A stretch of DNA of 41,162 nucleotides from Clostridia bacterium (GCA_016295665.1 JAEDKS010000001.1:1-41162), one strand, 5' to 3'. Shown: positions 15,391 through 24,559, numbered from the stretch's first letter. Numbers and translations: made by a program. Notes: generated by a model from the letters alone, not told the origin.

Positions 15391-16422
15391 TTATCGCCGG
15401 CGCCTGCCGGCAACCCGGGAGGCGTTGAGCATGTCGCGGTTGGTCTGGCTGGGCTCCAGGGCGCGCCCGCAGCCCACCGCCACGCTGGTCTGGGGGTCAT
15501 CCGCCACGCCGCAGGGGATATGCAGCGCGTCATAGACCGCCTCCGCCAGACCCGTCAGCGCCGCCGCGCCACCGGTCAGCACGATGCCCTCCTCGAAGAT
15601 GTCGGCAGCCAGTTGGGGCGGCGTCCGCTCCAGCACGCCCTGAATGGCCTCAATCAGCTCTGACACGGGCTCCCGAAGCGCCTCGTAGACCTCCACCGAA
15701 GTGATGGCCTGCGTCCGGGGCATGCCGGAGATCAGGTTGCGGCCTGTCACGTCCATGGTCACCTCGTTGGGCTGGGGCACGGCGCTACCGATGCTCATCT
15801 TGATCTCGTCCGCTGTGCGCTCGCCGATGAGCAGGTTGTGCTTCTTGCGCAGGTAGCGGATGATGGCGTCGTTGAAGTAATCGCCGCCGATGCCGTTGCT
15901 GGTGGCGATGACCACCTCGCCCATGGCCAGCACCGCGATGTCGGTCATGCCGGCGCCCATATCCACGATCATGGTGCCGTAGGCCTCGCTGAAGTCGATG
16001 CCCACGCCCAGCGCCGCCGCCATGGAGCGATCCAGCAGCTGCGTGTGCCGGGCGCCCGCGTCGAACATCAGGTTGATGATGGAGCGCTTCTCCATGTCAT
16101 TGACGCCGGAGGGCACGGAAATCACCGCCCGGGGCCGGTTGAAGAAGTGCTTGCCGCAGGTGTGAAGGATGAACTGCCGTACCATGGTGTTGAGCAGGCC
16201 AAAATCCCCCACGGTTCCCTGCCGAAGGGGCCGGATGGTCACCACGTTGCCGGGGGTGCGCCCGATCATGCGGTAGGCGTCGCTGCCCACGGCGAGCACC
16301 GTGTTGGTGTCCCTGTCCAGCGCAACCACCGCCGGCTCGCGCAGCACGATGCCCTTGCCCCTCATATAGATCAGCACATTGGATGTGCCCAGATCGATTC
16401 CGATGTCATTCACCTGCGCCAT
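15391..16422 (-). CDS. mreB: Rod-shape-determining actin homolog, MreB/Mbl family
   Basis: Start MAQVNDIGIDLGTSN with GGGAGG upstream. Also contains DMGAGMTDIAVL and LTGGAA motifs. It has no adjacent mreCD, so it is probably an Mbl/MreBH-type paralog. Confidence 0.9.
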   Translation of the reverse strand: MAQVNDIGIDLGTSNVLIYMRGKGIVLREPAVVALDRDTNTVLAVGSDAYRMIGRTPGNVVTIRPLRQGTVGDFGLLNTMVRQFILHTCGKHFFNRPRAVISVPSGVNDMEKRSIINLMFDAGARHTQLLDRSMAAALGVGIDFSEAYGTMIVDMGAGMTDIAVLAMGEVVIATSNGIGGDYFNDAIIRYLRKKHNLLIGERTADEIKMSIGSAVPQPNEVTMDVTGRNLISGMPRTQAITSVEVYEALREPVSELIEAIQGVLERTPPQLAADIFEEGIVLTGGAAALTGLAEAVYDALHIPCGVADDPQTSVAVGCGRALEPSQTNRDMLNASRVAGRRRR

Positions 16423-16465
16423 GAAGCGGCATACCTCCCGTCCAAGGACGAATTTGTCACATGCC

Positions 16466-16494
16466 ATTATAGCATGATTGGCGAAAAACGCAAA
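16466..16494 (-). promoter_or_regulatory. Sigma-A promoter for the mreB-like gene (TTTGCG, 17 nt, TGcTATAAT)
   Basis: The minus strand reads TTTGCG-tttttcgccaatcatgc-TATAAT, with an extended -10 TG. Confidence 0.55.
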
Positions 16495-16547
16495 TACCTT
16501 TTTCAAATCCCGGCTGAACCGGGCAGAGCCTGACAGGCCTGCGGTGG

Positions 16548-16575
16548 GATAAGCGGCATCCAGTCCGCATACCCT
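16548..16575 (+). promoter_or_regulatory. Possible sigma-E-type sporulation promoter upstream of yqfC
   Basis: GATAAG, 14 nt, CATACCCT resembles the B. subtilis sigma-E pattern (ATA-type -35, CATACA-T -10). It lies about 27 nt upstream of the yqfC start. The match is weak and judged by eye. Confidence 0.25.
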
Positions 16576-16601
16576 GCGGTGAAAGGCGGAGGTGAGAGGA
16601 C

Positions 16602-16862
16602 ATGGAAAGAGGCGTTTTTCCCAGAGAGGTCACCACGGACACGCCGCGCATCACCGTCACGGGGCGGGAGCAGGTGCGCGTGGAGCAGCACGGCGGACTG
16701 ACCTCCTTCTCCCCGGAGGAGATCGTGCTGCGCACTGCGGGCGGTGCCATCGCCATTCAGGGGGAGGCGCTGCGGTTCAGTGCCTATTCCGCGGCGGAGG
16801 CGGTGATTCTGGGGCACATCAGCCGGATCACCCTGCGCGAGGGAAGCGGTGGTGAGCGGTGA
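16602..16862 (+). CDS. yqfC: Sporulation protein YqfC (YabP family)
   Basis: 86 aa with YabP-like pattern ITVTGREQVRVEQHGGLTSFSPEEIVLRT..GAIAIQGEAL. It is followed by yqfD and phoH, as in B. subtilis. Confidence 0.8.
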   Translation: MERGVFPREVTTDTPRITVTGREQVRVEQHGGLTSFSPEEIVLRTAGGAIAIQGEALRFSAYSAAEAVILGHISRITLREGSGGER

Positions 16863-18010
16863 GGGAATGGCTGGTGGACTTCACGGCGGAGGGGCTGAAT
16901 TTGGAACGGCTTATCCGTCAGGCGGCGGAGGAGGGCGTGCTGCTCCGAAGGCTGCGGCGGCAGGGCCGACGGCTGACCGCCTGTGTGCCGGAGAAGCAGC
17001 TGGGCATCGTGTCCTCGCTGTGCGAGCGGGGCGGCTGGCGCTTTGTCCCCGGCAGGCGGCACGGGGCAGGACGGCTGCTGGAGATGCTGGAGCGCAGATG
17101 GCTGGCGGGCGTGACGCTGCTGCTGGTCTCCGTGGCGGTCGTGGCGGGCTCCATGATGATGTGGCGGGTGGAGATTGTCGACGGCGGCAGCTATGAGGCC
17201 GACCTGCGGATGTACCTGGACGTGCTGGAGGTCACGCCGGTGCGCTGGAAGCAGTCGGTGGATACCGCCTGGCTCCGGGACACGCTGGAGTGGCGCTACC
17301 CCGAGGTGGCGTGGATTGAGGTGGGCTGGCGCGGCATGACCCTGTGCATCACCCTGCACGAGGGACAGCCCATGGGGGAGACGGTCAGTCTGGCGGGCTG
17401 CTGCGACGTGGTCGCCAGCCGGGATGGCATCATCGAGCAGATCATCACCCTGGCGGGCACCCCGCAGGTGCAGGTGGGGGAGCTGGTGAAGGCGGGCGAT
17501 GTGCTGATACGGGGCGAGGAGCGCGGCGCGCAGGAGACGGTGCGCCCGGTGGCGGCCCGGGGAACGGTGCTGGCGCGGGTGTGGGACGGCGCGGCGGTCA
17601 GCGTGCCCACAACGGAGACCCGCACCGTCTATACCGGACGGGAGCAGGAGCGCGTCAGCGTGCTGACCCCCTGGTTCCCCATGTGGCCCGACCCGGGCTC
17701 GGACTTCGCGCAGCAGGACGAGAGCATCCGGGAGGTGCCCCTGGGCGGCCTGTTCCTGCCGGTGACCATCCGCTACACCCGCTGCATGGAGGCGGAGATT
17801 ACCCTCGTCCAGCGTGACCCGGAGGCGGTCAGGGCGGAGGCAGGGGTCGCGGCGCTGCGAAAACTGAGGGAAAAAATCGGTGTGCGCGACAAACTGATTG
17901 ACAAATGGGTAGAATATAGTATGATAAAGGATGGAGAACTGCAGGCTGTCGCCTATGGCGAGCGCTGCATCGACATCGGTGTGCGCCGGGAGCTTTCCCC
18001 GCAGCAGTGA
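16859..18010 (+). CDS. yqfD: Sporulation protein YqfD
   Basis: The GTG start overlaps the yqfC stop. It is about 383 aa with a single central TM, and its position and size match YqfD. Confidence 0.75.
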   Translation: MREWLVDFTAEGLNLERLIRQAAEEGVLLRRLRRQGRRLTACVPEKQLGIVSSLCERGGWRFVPGRRHGAGRLLEMLERRWLAGVTLLLVSVAVVAGSMMMWRVEIVDGGSYEADLRMYLDVLEVTPVRWKQSVDTAWLRDTLEWRYPEVAWIEVGWRGMTLCITLHEGQPMGETVSLAGCCDVVASRDGIIEQIITLAGTPQVQVGELVKAGDVLIRGEERGAQETVRPVAARGTVLARVWDGAAVSVPTTETRTVYTGREQERVSVLTPWFPMWPDPGSDFAQQDESIREVPLGGLFLPVTIRYTRCMEAEITLVQRDPEAVRAEAGVAALRKLREKIGVRDKLIDKWVEYSMIKDGELQAVAYGERCIDIGVRRELSPQQ

Positions 18011-18061
18011 CATTGGCCGCCCGGCAGTTCCAATGCGGCGAGAAAGGGAGGACAACCTGAT

Positions 18062-19030
18062 TTGTCTCAAACGAGGAAATTGCTGCTGCCGTCAGCGTCC
18101 ATGGATGCCTACATGACCCTGTTCGGTCTCAATGACCAGAATGTGGCGCTGCTGGAGCAGGAGTGCGGCGTGGGCATCGCGCTGCGCGGAAACGAGCTGA
18201 TTGTGCAGGGCGACGAGGAGGACACCGCGCTGGCGGAGACCGTCATCCTCAAGCTGCTGGACATGATTCGCCGGGGCGACCTGGTGGACAGGAGCCGCGT
18301 GCGCTATGCCGTGGCGCTGGCGCGGGAGGGCAAGGCGGATATGCTGGACGAGATCCTGCGCAGCGTGGTGGCGATCACCCACCGCGGCAAGCAGGTTCGC
18401 TGCAAGACCCTGGGACAGCAGCAGTATGTGCAGGCCATCCGGGAGCATGATCTCACCTTCGCGGTGGGCCCCGCCGGCACGGGCAAGACCTATCTTGCCA
18501 TGGCGCTGGCGGTGGTCGCGCTCCGGAACAAGGAGATCGAGCGCATTGTGCTGACCCGTCCCGCAGTGGAGGCCGGCGAGAAGCTGGGCTATCTCCCCGG
18601 CGACCTGACCCAGAAGGTGGATCCGTATCTGCGCCCGCTCTATGACGCGCTCTATGACTTCATGGGGCTGGACTCCTATCAGAAGCTGATGGAGCGCGGC
18701 ACGGTGGAGGTGGCGCCCCTGGCCTATATGCGCGGCAGGACGCTGAACAATGCCTTCATCATCCTGGACGAGGCGCAGAACACCACCTCGGAGCAGATGA
18801 AGATGTTCCTGACGCGCCTGGGCTTCGGCAGCCGGGCGGTCGTCACGGGCGACATCACCCAGACCGACCTGCCCTCCGGCAAGCGCTCCGGTCTGGCGGA
18901 GGCCATCGAGGTGCTGAAGGACATTCCGGAGATCGGCATGGTGCATCTGACCGCCAGAGACGTGGTTCGGCACGAGCTGGTGCAGAAGATTGTCCAGGCC
19001 TATGACGCATACAACGCGGGAAGAGGGTGA
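18062..19030 (+). CDS. phoH: PhoH-family ATPase
   Basis: Walker A GPAGTGKTYLAMA, plus LTRPAVEAGEKLGYLPGD and IILDEAQN. The start is uncertain: either TTG at 18062 with GGGAGG 10 nt upstream, or ATG at 18101. Confidence 0.9.
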   Translation: MSQTRKLLLPSASMDAYMTLFGLNDQNVALLEQECGVGIALRGNELIVQGDEEDTALAETVILKLLDMIRRGDLVDRSRVRYAVALAREGKADMLDEILRSVVAITHRGKQVRCKTLGQQQYVQAIREHDLTFAVGPAGTGKTYLAMALAVVALRNKEIERIVLTRPAVEAGEKLGYLPGDLTQKVDPYLRPLYDALYDFMGLDSYQKLMERGTVEVAPLAYMRGRTLNNAFIILDEAQNTTSEQMKMFLTRLGFGSRAVVTGDITQTDLPSGKRSGLAEAIEVLKDIPEIGMVHLTARDVVRHELVQKIVQAYDAYNAGRG

Positions 19031-19035
19031 ACCTG

Positions 19036-21468
19036 ATGAAGCGGCGTAAGCTGGAAAGGAAGAACAAGGCAAAGTCACGGAAGCTGGGGAGCCTGGTGGC
19101 GTGGCTGCATACGGAGAAGGCGAAGGCTGCGCTGGTGATGGCGGTGGGCAGCATGCTGCTGATGGTGCTGCTGTGCGCGGCCTGCGCGCCGCAGCGCTAC
19201 AGCCTGGAGGTGGGCAGCATCTCCCACCAGACCATCACCGCCACCAAGGACGTGGTGGATGAGCTGGCGACGGAATCGCGCCGCAGCGCGGCGGAGAACA
19301 GCGTCGAGCTGACCTATCACCCCCTGGAGGGCGTGACCGAGCAGGTCATGGCGGATCTGACGGCGGTGTTTGACGAGCTGCGCAAGGTGCAGCAGTATGG
19401 TCTGACCCTGCGCTCCGACAAGGACACAGCGGAGACTATCCGCAACCGCAACTTCACCGAGAGCGAGCTGGAGTACGCCCAGAGCCTGGTGACGCTGCTC
19501 AAGCTGAGCAACTATCAGTACACCACCCTGCTGCGGACGGAGACGGCGGACTATGATACCATGGCCTCCACTGTGACCATCGCCGTGGAGAACCAGATGA
19601 ACAACAGCATCCGCGAGGGACAGGTGACCCAGGCCATCGAGACCATCAAGCAGATCGTGGCCTATCGCGTGGACATCTCCCTGATGCAGAACATCGTGCC
19701 CACGGTGCTGAAGCTGTGTGTCAAGGCCAACATGGGCATCGACCAGACCGCCGCCGAGGAGGCCCGCCTGCGGGCCCGCGAAGCGGTGGAGCCCGTGGTG
19801 TACCTGCAGGGCCAGAACATCGTCCGGGAGGGCGAGGTGGTCAGCGCCAATCAGATTGCCATGCTGAAAAGCCTGGGTCTGCTGGAGAGCGCGGAGTACG
19901 ACTACGCGCTCTACGGCGGCGTGCTGCTGCTGGTGCTGCTGGCGGTTTCGCTGCTGATTCTTCTGCTGGGGCTTCTGGACAGGCATCAGCTGCAGACCAT
20001 CCGCTCCACCATGGTCATCATGCTGGTGATGGTGGTCAGCGTGGGGCTGTGCATCTGCGTGTACAAGCTGCTGAATCCCTACCTCATGCCCCTGCCTCTG
20101 GCTGCCATGCTGCTGACGGGTCTGCTGGGCTGGCGGGCGGGACTGCCCGCAGCCATCAGCCTGTCCATGCTGGTGGGCAGCCTGGCGGCGGGCGGTGCCA
20201 CCACCACCTCTGCGGAGATGGTGCAGCTGATGCTCTGCGGCCTGGTGTCCGGCGTGGTGGCGGTGCGCTACCTGAAGGGCAAATCGCAGCGCGTGCGGAT
20301 GATCCTCTGCGGCGTGCTCACGGCGGTTACGAATCTGGCGGTGCTGGTGGGCATGGCGCTGATGACCTCCATCGACCTGAGCCGGATTCTGCAGACTGCC
20401 GCCTGGAGCGCGGGCGGGTCGCTGCTCAGCGGCGTGCTGGCGCTGGGCCTTCAGCCGGTCTTTGAGACGGCCTTCAACCTGGCGACCCCCAGCAAGCTGC
20501 TGGAGCTGGGCAATCCCAACCAGCCCCTGCTGAGGCGGCTGCAGATCGAGGCGTCGGGCACCTATCATCACTCCATCATCGTGGCGAACCTGGCGGAGGC
20601 GGCGGCGGAGCGCATCCATGCCAACCCGCTGCTGGCCCGCACCGGTGCCTACTTCCACGACATCGGCAAGCTGAAGCGTCCCCTGTACTTCAAGGAGAAC
20701 CAGATGGGGGAGAATCCCCATGACACCACCGACCCCTATGTGTCGGCAGCCATCGTGACCACCCATACCCGCGACGGCCTGCTGCTGGCGCAGAAGTACC
20801 ACCTGCCGCCGGAAATTCAGGACATCATCGTCGAGCATCACGGCGACACGCCGGTCATGTACTTCTATCACAAGGCGCTGCAGCAGTCCAACGGTAAGCC
20901 GGTGAACATCGACGATTTCCGCTATGACGGGCGCCGCCCCACCACCCGGGAATCCGCCATCATCATGCTGGCGGACACGGTGGAGGCCGCCGTGCGCTCC
21001 ATGCCCAACCACACGCCCCAGGGCATTGAGGACTTCATGGTGAAGCTGGTGCGGGGCAAGCTGGAGGACGATCAGCTGAGCGACGCGCCGCTGACCCTGC
21101 GGGACATTGACGGCATCTGCAAGGCGTTCTGCAGCGTGCTGAACGGCGTGTTCCACGAGCGCATCGAGTACCCGACCACAGCCGTGCCGACCAGAGGCCA
21201 GTCCGCTGCCCCGGCACAGCCTGCTGCTACCGAACCCGAGAAGCCAGCGGCATCTCCCGCGCCCGTGCAACCCGCACCGCAACCCGCAGCGCCTGCGCCC
21301 GTGCAGCCCGCACCGGCGGCACCTGTGGCTCCGGCTGCTCCGGCCCCTGCGGCGGACAAGACCGTGGAGAAGCCGGACATGCCTGTGGCGTCCGGGCCGG
21401 AGAACGCGGCAGGGGCGGAGACATCGCCCCAGGAGGAAGCAAAAGATGATACTGCTGTGGGAAATTGA
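19036..21468 (+). CDS. pgpH: 7TM-HD (HDIG) membrane phosphohydrolase, PgpH/YqfF-type cyclic-di-AMP phosphodiesterase, with Pro/Ala-rich C-terminal tail
   Basis: Extracellular N-domain, seven TM segments, then an HD domain (HHSIIVANLAE...YFHDIGK...IVEHHG). It is syntenic with B. subtilis yqfF. The alternative GTG start is at 19027. Confidence 0.88.
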   Translation: MKRRKLERKNKAKSRKLGSLVAWLHTEKAKAALVMAVGSMLLMVLLCAACAPQRYSLEVGSISHQTITATKDVVDELATESRRSAAENSVELTYHPLEGVTEQVMADLTAVFDELRKVQQYGLTLRSDKDTAETIRNRNFTESELEYAQSLVTLLKLSNYQYTTLLRTETADYDTMASTVTIAVENQMNNSIREGQVTQAIETIKQIVAYRVDISLMQNIVPTVLKLCVKANMGIDQTAAEEARLRAREAVEPVVYLQGQNIVREGEVVSANQIAMLKSLGLLESAEYDYALYGGVLLLVLLAVSLLILLLGLLDRHQLQTIRSTMVIMLVMVVSVGLCICVYKLLNPYLMPLPLAAMLLTGLLGWRAGLPAAISLSMLVGSLAAGGATTTSAEMVQLMLCGLVSGVVAVRYLKGKSQRVRMILCGVLTAVTNLAVLVGMALMTSIDLSRILQTAAWSAGGSLLSGVLALGLQPVFETAFNLATPSKLLELGNPNQPLLRRLQIEASGTYHHSIIVANLAEAAAERIHANPLLARTGAYFHDIGKLKRPLYFKENQMGENPHDTTDPYVSAAIVTTHTRDGLLLAQKYHLPPEIQDIIVEHHGDTPVMYFYHKALQQSNGKPVNIDDFRYDGRRPTTRESAIIMLADTVEAAVRSMPNHTPQGIEDFMVKLVRGKLEDDQLSDAPLTLRDIDGICKAFCSVLNGVFHERIEYPTTAVPTRGQSAAPAQPAATEPEKPAASPAPVQPAPQPAAPAPVQPAPAAPVAPAAPAPAADKTVEKPDMPVASGPENAAGAETSPQEEAKDDTAVGN
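21259..21315 (+). repeat. In-frame direct repeat inside the pgpH tail (GCGCCCGTGCARCCCGCACCG twice, 36 nt apart)
   Basis: The copy at 21259..21279 and the copy at 21295..21315 differ at one base. They encode APVQPAP twice within a P/A-rich low-complexity tail. Confidence 0.7.
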
Positions 21469-22339
21469 CACCCCCGTCGATCCGGCGCTGACCACGCTGA
21501 TGCAGACGGCGGCGGACTGTGCGCTGTGGGCGGAGGGCGTCTCGCGCCGGTGCGCCGTGTCGGTGCGGCTTTGCGACGACGAGGCCATTCATCAGATCAA
21601 CCGGACGTTCCGGCAGGTGGATCGTGCGACGGACGTGCTGTCCTTCCCGATGGTCACCTACCCTTCGGGCGTCACGGCGGGCAGGGCCGACCGGCTGCTC
21701 CGGCAGGCCTATGATGACGACGTGGACGCCTGTATGCTGGGCGACCTGGTGCTATCGGTGCCGCATATCTACCGGCAGGCGGAGGAGTACGGTCACTCTC
21801 CGCGCCGGGAGGCCGCCTATCTGCTGGTGCATGGTCTGTGCCACCTGATGGGCTACGACCACATGGAGGACGAGGAAAGAAAGGAGATGCGCGCCATGGA
21901 AGAAAAGATTCTGTCAGCTGTGGGCATGAGCCGTGAGGAGCAGGGGAGCGTTTCGGACGAGGCGCTGCTGGCCCTGGCCCGTGCCGCGATGGAGCGCAGC
22001 TATTCGCCCTACTCCCACTTTGCGGTGGGGGCCGCGCTGCTCTGCGAGGACGGGCGCGTGTTTCAGGGCTGCAATATCGAGAACGCCGCCTTCAGCATGA
22101 CCAACTGTGCCGAGCGCACGGCGGTGTTCAAGGCGGTCAGCGAGGGGGAGACCGCCTTCACGACCATTGCCATCGCCGCCTCCGGTGCCGCCCCCTGGCC
22201 CTGCGGCGCCTGCCGTCAGGTGCTGCATGAGTTCGCGCCGGACATCCGGGTGCTGGTCACCTGGGACGGACAGGTAGCGGAGGCCATGCTGAAGGAGCTG
22301 CTGCCCAACGGCTTCGGCCCCAGGGAACTGATGAAGTGA
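21446..22339 (+). CDS. ybeY: Fusion protein: rRNA maturation endoribonuclease YbeY (N-terminal) plus cytidine deaminase (C-terminal)
   Basis: Residues ~1-155 carry the YbeY motif HGLCHLMGYDH. Residues ~170-297 carry CDA motifs NCAERTA and PCGACRQ. It is a single open frame of 297 aa, and it overlaps the pgpH end by 23 nt. Confidence 0.85.
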   Translation: MILLWEIDTPVDPALTTLMQTAADCALWAEGVSRRCAVSVRLCDDEAIHQINRTFRQVDRATDVLSFPMVTYPSGVTAGRADRLLRQAYDDDVDACMLGDLVLSVPHIYRQAEEYGHSPRREAAYLLVHGLCHLMGYDHMEDEERKEMRAMEEKILSAVGMSREEQGSVSDEALLALARAAMERSYSPYSHFAVGAALLCEDGRVFQGCNIENAAFSMTNCAERTAVFKAVSEGETAFTTIAIAASGAAPWPCGACRQVLHEFAPDIRVLVTWDGQVAEAMLKELLPNGFGPRELMK

Positions 22340-22355
22340 GTAGGAGACAGGAACA

Positions 22356-23255
22356 ATGACGAATACAGCAAAGAAGTTTCATTCCGGCTTCATCACCATT
22401 GTCGGACGGCCCAATGTGGGCAAGTCCACGCTGATGAACGCGCTGGTGGGCGAGAAGATCGCCATCGTGTCGAACCGCCCCCAGACCACCCGCAACCGCA
22501 TCATGGGTGTGGTTTCCAACCCGGACTGGCAGATGGTGTTTCTGGACACCCCCGGCATCCATCATCCCCGCAACCGGCTGGGCGAGTACATGATGCAGTC
22601 CGTGCGGGACGCCATGGATGGCAAGGATGCCCTGCTGGTGCTGGTGGATGCCACGCAGATCGGCGAGAACGACCGGAAGATCGTGCAGGAGATGGCGACC
22701 CAGCCGGTGCCCCGGGTGCTGGCGCTGAACAAGATCGACCTGCTGCCCCCGGAGAAGCTGCTGGGGCTGATCGCCGGGTTTGCGGACGCGGGCTATGACG
22801 CCATCGTGCCCATCAGCGCCAAAACCGGCAGCGGTCTGCAGGAGCTGACCGACGAGCTGGTGAAGCGCCTGCCGGAGGGCCCCCGGTACTTCCCGGACGA
22901 CATGATCACCGACCAGCCGGAGCGGCAGATCTGCGCGGAGATGATCCGCGAGAAGGCGCTGCTGCACCTGCGGGACGAGGTGCCCCACGGCATCGGCGTG
23001 GAGATGATGGCCATGACCAAGGAGAATGACCAGTTCATGGAAATCCACGCCACCATCTACTGCGAGCGGGAGGCCCACAAGGGCATCGTCATCGGCAAGC
23101 ACGGCGCCATGCTGCAGCAGATCGGCAGCGAGGCCCGCATGGACATCGAGCAGCTGCTGGGGATGCACGTCAATCTGAAGCTGTGGGTAAAGGTGCGCCC
23201 CGACTGGCGCAACCGCATGGATGACCTGCGCACCCTGGGCTACCAGAGCAAGTGA
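22356..23255 (+). CDS. era: GTPase Era
   Basis: G1 GRPNVGKST, G3 DTPG, G4 NKID, and a C-terminal KH domain. 299 aa. Confidence 0.95.
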   Translation: MTNTAKKFHSGFITIVGRPNVGKSTLMNALVGEKIAIVSNRPQTTRNRIMGVVSNPDWQMVFLDTPGIHHPRNRLGEYMMQSVRDAMDGKDALLVLVDATQIGENDRKIVQEMATQPVPRVLALNKIDLLPPEKLLGLIAGFADAGYDAIVPISAKTGSGLQELTDELVKRLPEGPRYFPDDMITDQPERQICAEMIREKALLHLRDEVPHGIGVEMMAMTKENDQFMEIHATIYCEREAHKGIVIGKHGAMLQQIGSEARMDIEQLLGMHVNLKLWVKVRPDWRNRMDDLRTLGYQSK

Positions 23256-23282
23256 GCGCGGAAGGGAAATTCTTCGGCGCGC
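23256..23282 (+). terminator. Hairpin directly after era (no U-tract)
   Basis: GCGCGGAAG pairs with CTTC(GG)CGCGC. It has no T-run, so its function as a terminator is uncertain. Confidence 0.3.
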
Positions 23283-23304
23283 ACTACCAAAAGACCGGAC
23301 AATA

Positions 23305-23313
23305 TGCTATAAT
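23305..23313 (+). promoter_or_regulatory. Extended -10 promoter element (TGcTATAAT) upstream of mrnC
   Basis: TG at 23305-23306 and TATAAT at 23308..23313. The -35 region (TACCAA) is weak. Confidence 0.45.
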
Positions 23314-23343
23314 ACAACGGTGCGTGCAAAGGAGGCGAAGCGC

Positions 23344-23769
23344 TTGTTCCTGCGGGAAGCTGAACCCATGTCGGCGGAGGCCGCACGGCTGATGAATCCG
23401 CTGCGGCTGGCCTATCTGGGCGATACGGTCTGGGAGCTGCTCATCCGCTCCCGGCTGGTGTATGCCGGGAAGAACGTGCGGCATATGCACCAGGGCGCGA
23501 TCGCCGGGGTGAACGCGCAGGCACAGGCACAGGCGCTGCACCGGGTGGAGCCGCTGCTCTCCCCGGAGGAGAGCGCCATCGTGCTGCGCGGGCGCAACGC
23601 CCACAGCAGGCACCCCGTACCAAGGCATCAGTCCCCGGCGGATTACCAGGCCGCCACCGCGCTGGAGGCGCTGATTGGCTACCTGTACCTGACCGGACAG
23701 GAGGAGCGGCTGCTGCAGCTGTTCCAATATACGCAGCAGGAGGCGGAACCATGCCAGAGGTCAAACTGA
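23344..23769 (+). CDS. mrnC: Mini-ribonuclease III
   Basis: NPLRLAYLGDTVWELLIR and ATALEALIGYLYL motifs (RNase III-like fold without a dsRBD). The TTG start at 23344 has AAGGAGG 8 nt upstream. The alternative ATG is at 23368. Confidence 0.85.
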   Translation: MFLREAEPMSAEAARLMNPLRLAYLGDTVWELLIRSRLVYAGKNVRHMHQGAIAGVNAQAQAQALHRVEPLLSPEESAIVLRGRNAHSRHPVPRHQSPADYQAATALEALIGYLYLTGQEERLLQLFQYTQQEAEPCQRSN

Positions 23770-24488
23770 ACGTGAAGCTCATCCGGCACACCCTCTCCCC
23801 GGAGGAGGTCGTGGCGCTGGGTGCGCGGCTTTGCTATTCCAGACTGACGGTGGACGGGCTGACCGAGCGGGTCAGCCGGGAGGATCAGACGGCCTTCGTG
23901 GAAAAGATCCTCGGCATGGGGCATGATTCCGTGCTGGAGCATGCCAGCTTCACCTTCGGCGTGGAGGGCGTGAGCCGGGTGCTGCTGGCCCAGCTGACCC
24001 GCCATCGCCTGGCGAGCTTCTCGGTGCAGAGCCAGCGCTATGTGTCCTACGCCAAGGGGTTCGGCTATGTCGTGCCGCCCCGGATTGAGGCGCTGGGCGA
24101 GGAGGCGGTGCAGGAGTACCACCGGCAGATGGCGCAGCTTCATGCATGGTACACCGCGTGGCAGGAAAGGCTTGGTACTGGTGAGGGAAGCAACGAGGAT
24201 GCCCGCTTCGTGCTGCCCGGCGCCTGCGAGACACGCCTGATGATGACCATGAACGTGCGGGAGCTGCGGCACTTCTTCTCCCTGCGGATGTGCAGTCGCG
24301 CCCAGTGGGAAATCCGGGCGCTGGCGACGGAGATGCACCGCCTGTGCATGGAGGTGGCGCCGGCGCTGTTTGCGGATGCGGGCCCGGGCTGTCTGCGCGG
24401 CGCGTGTCCCGAGGGCGCCAAGAGCTGCGGACGGGCGCTGGAGATCCGTGCGGAGCGCAAGCGCCTGCTGGCGGAAATGGCGGAGTGA
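23751..24488 (+). CDS. thyX: FAD-dependent thymidylate synthase ThyX
   Basis: ThyX signature RHRLASFSVQSQRY. 245 aa. It overlaps the mrnC end by 19 nt. Confidence 0.93.
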   Translation: MPEVKLNVKLIRHTLSPEEVVALGARLCYSRLTVDGLTERVSREDQTAFVEKILGMGHDSVLEHASFTFGVEGVSRVLLAQLTRHRLASFSVQSQRYVSYAKGFGYVVPPRIEALGEEAVQEYHRQMAQLHAWYTAWQERLGTGEGSNEDARFVLPGACETRLMMTMNVRELRHFFSLRMCSRAQWEIRALATEMHRLCMEVAPALFADAGPGCLRGACPEGAKSCGRALEIRAERKRLLAEMAE

Positions 24489-24559
24489 ACCCCCGAAGAA
24501 AACGAATGACCCCGACGAATTGATCTTGAATTGAGCCGAATGGCCGGAAAGAGGAAGAA

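Noticed and set aside
10638-15533. Minus-strand ORFs 10638..11720, 11825..13657 and 13857..15533, opposite the CNNM, capA-like and ade genes
   Set aside because: These are GC-driven antisense shadow ORFs with R/H/G/A/Q-rich low-complexity products. The sense-strand genes have clear family motifs.
21180-21380. Repetitive GC-rich stretch considered as a tandem-repeat locus or CRISPR-like array
   Set aside because: There are only two near-identical 21-nt units, they are in frame, and they lie inside a continuous coding region (the PA-rich tail of PgpH). There is no repeat-spacer regularity.
16784-21588. Minus-strand ORFs 16784..18070, 18092..19078 and 19075..21588 (837 aa), opposite yqfD, phoH and pgpH
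   Set aside because: They are shadow ORFs for the same reason, and no motifs are present. The sense genes reproduce B. subtilis synteny.
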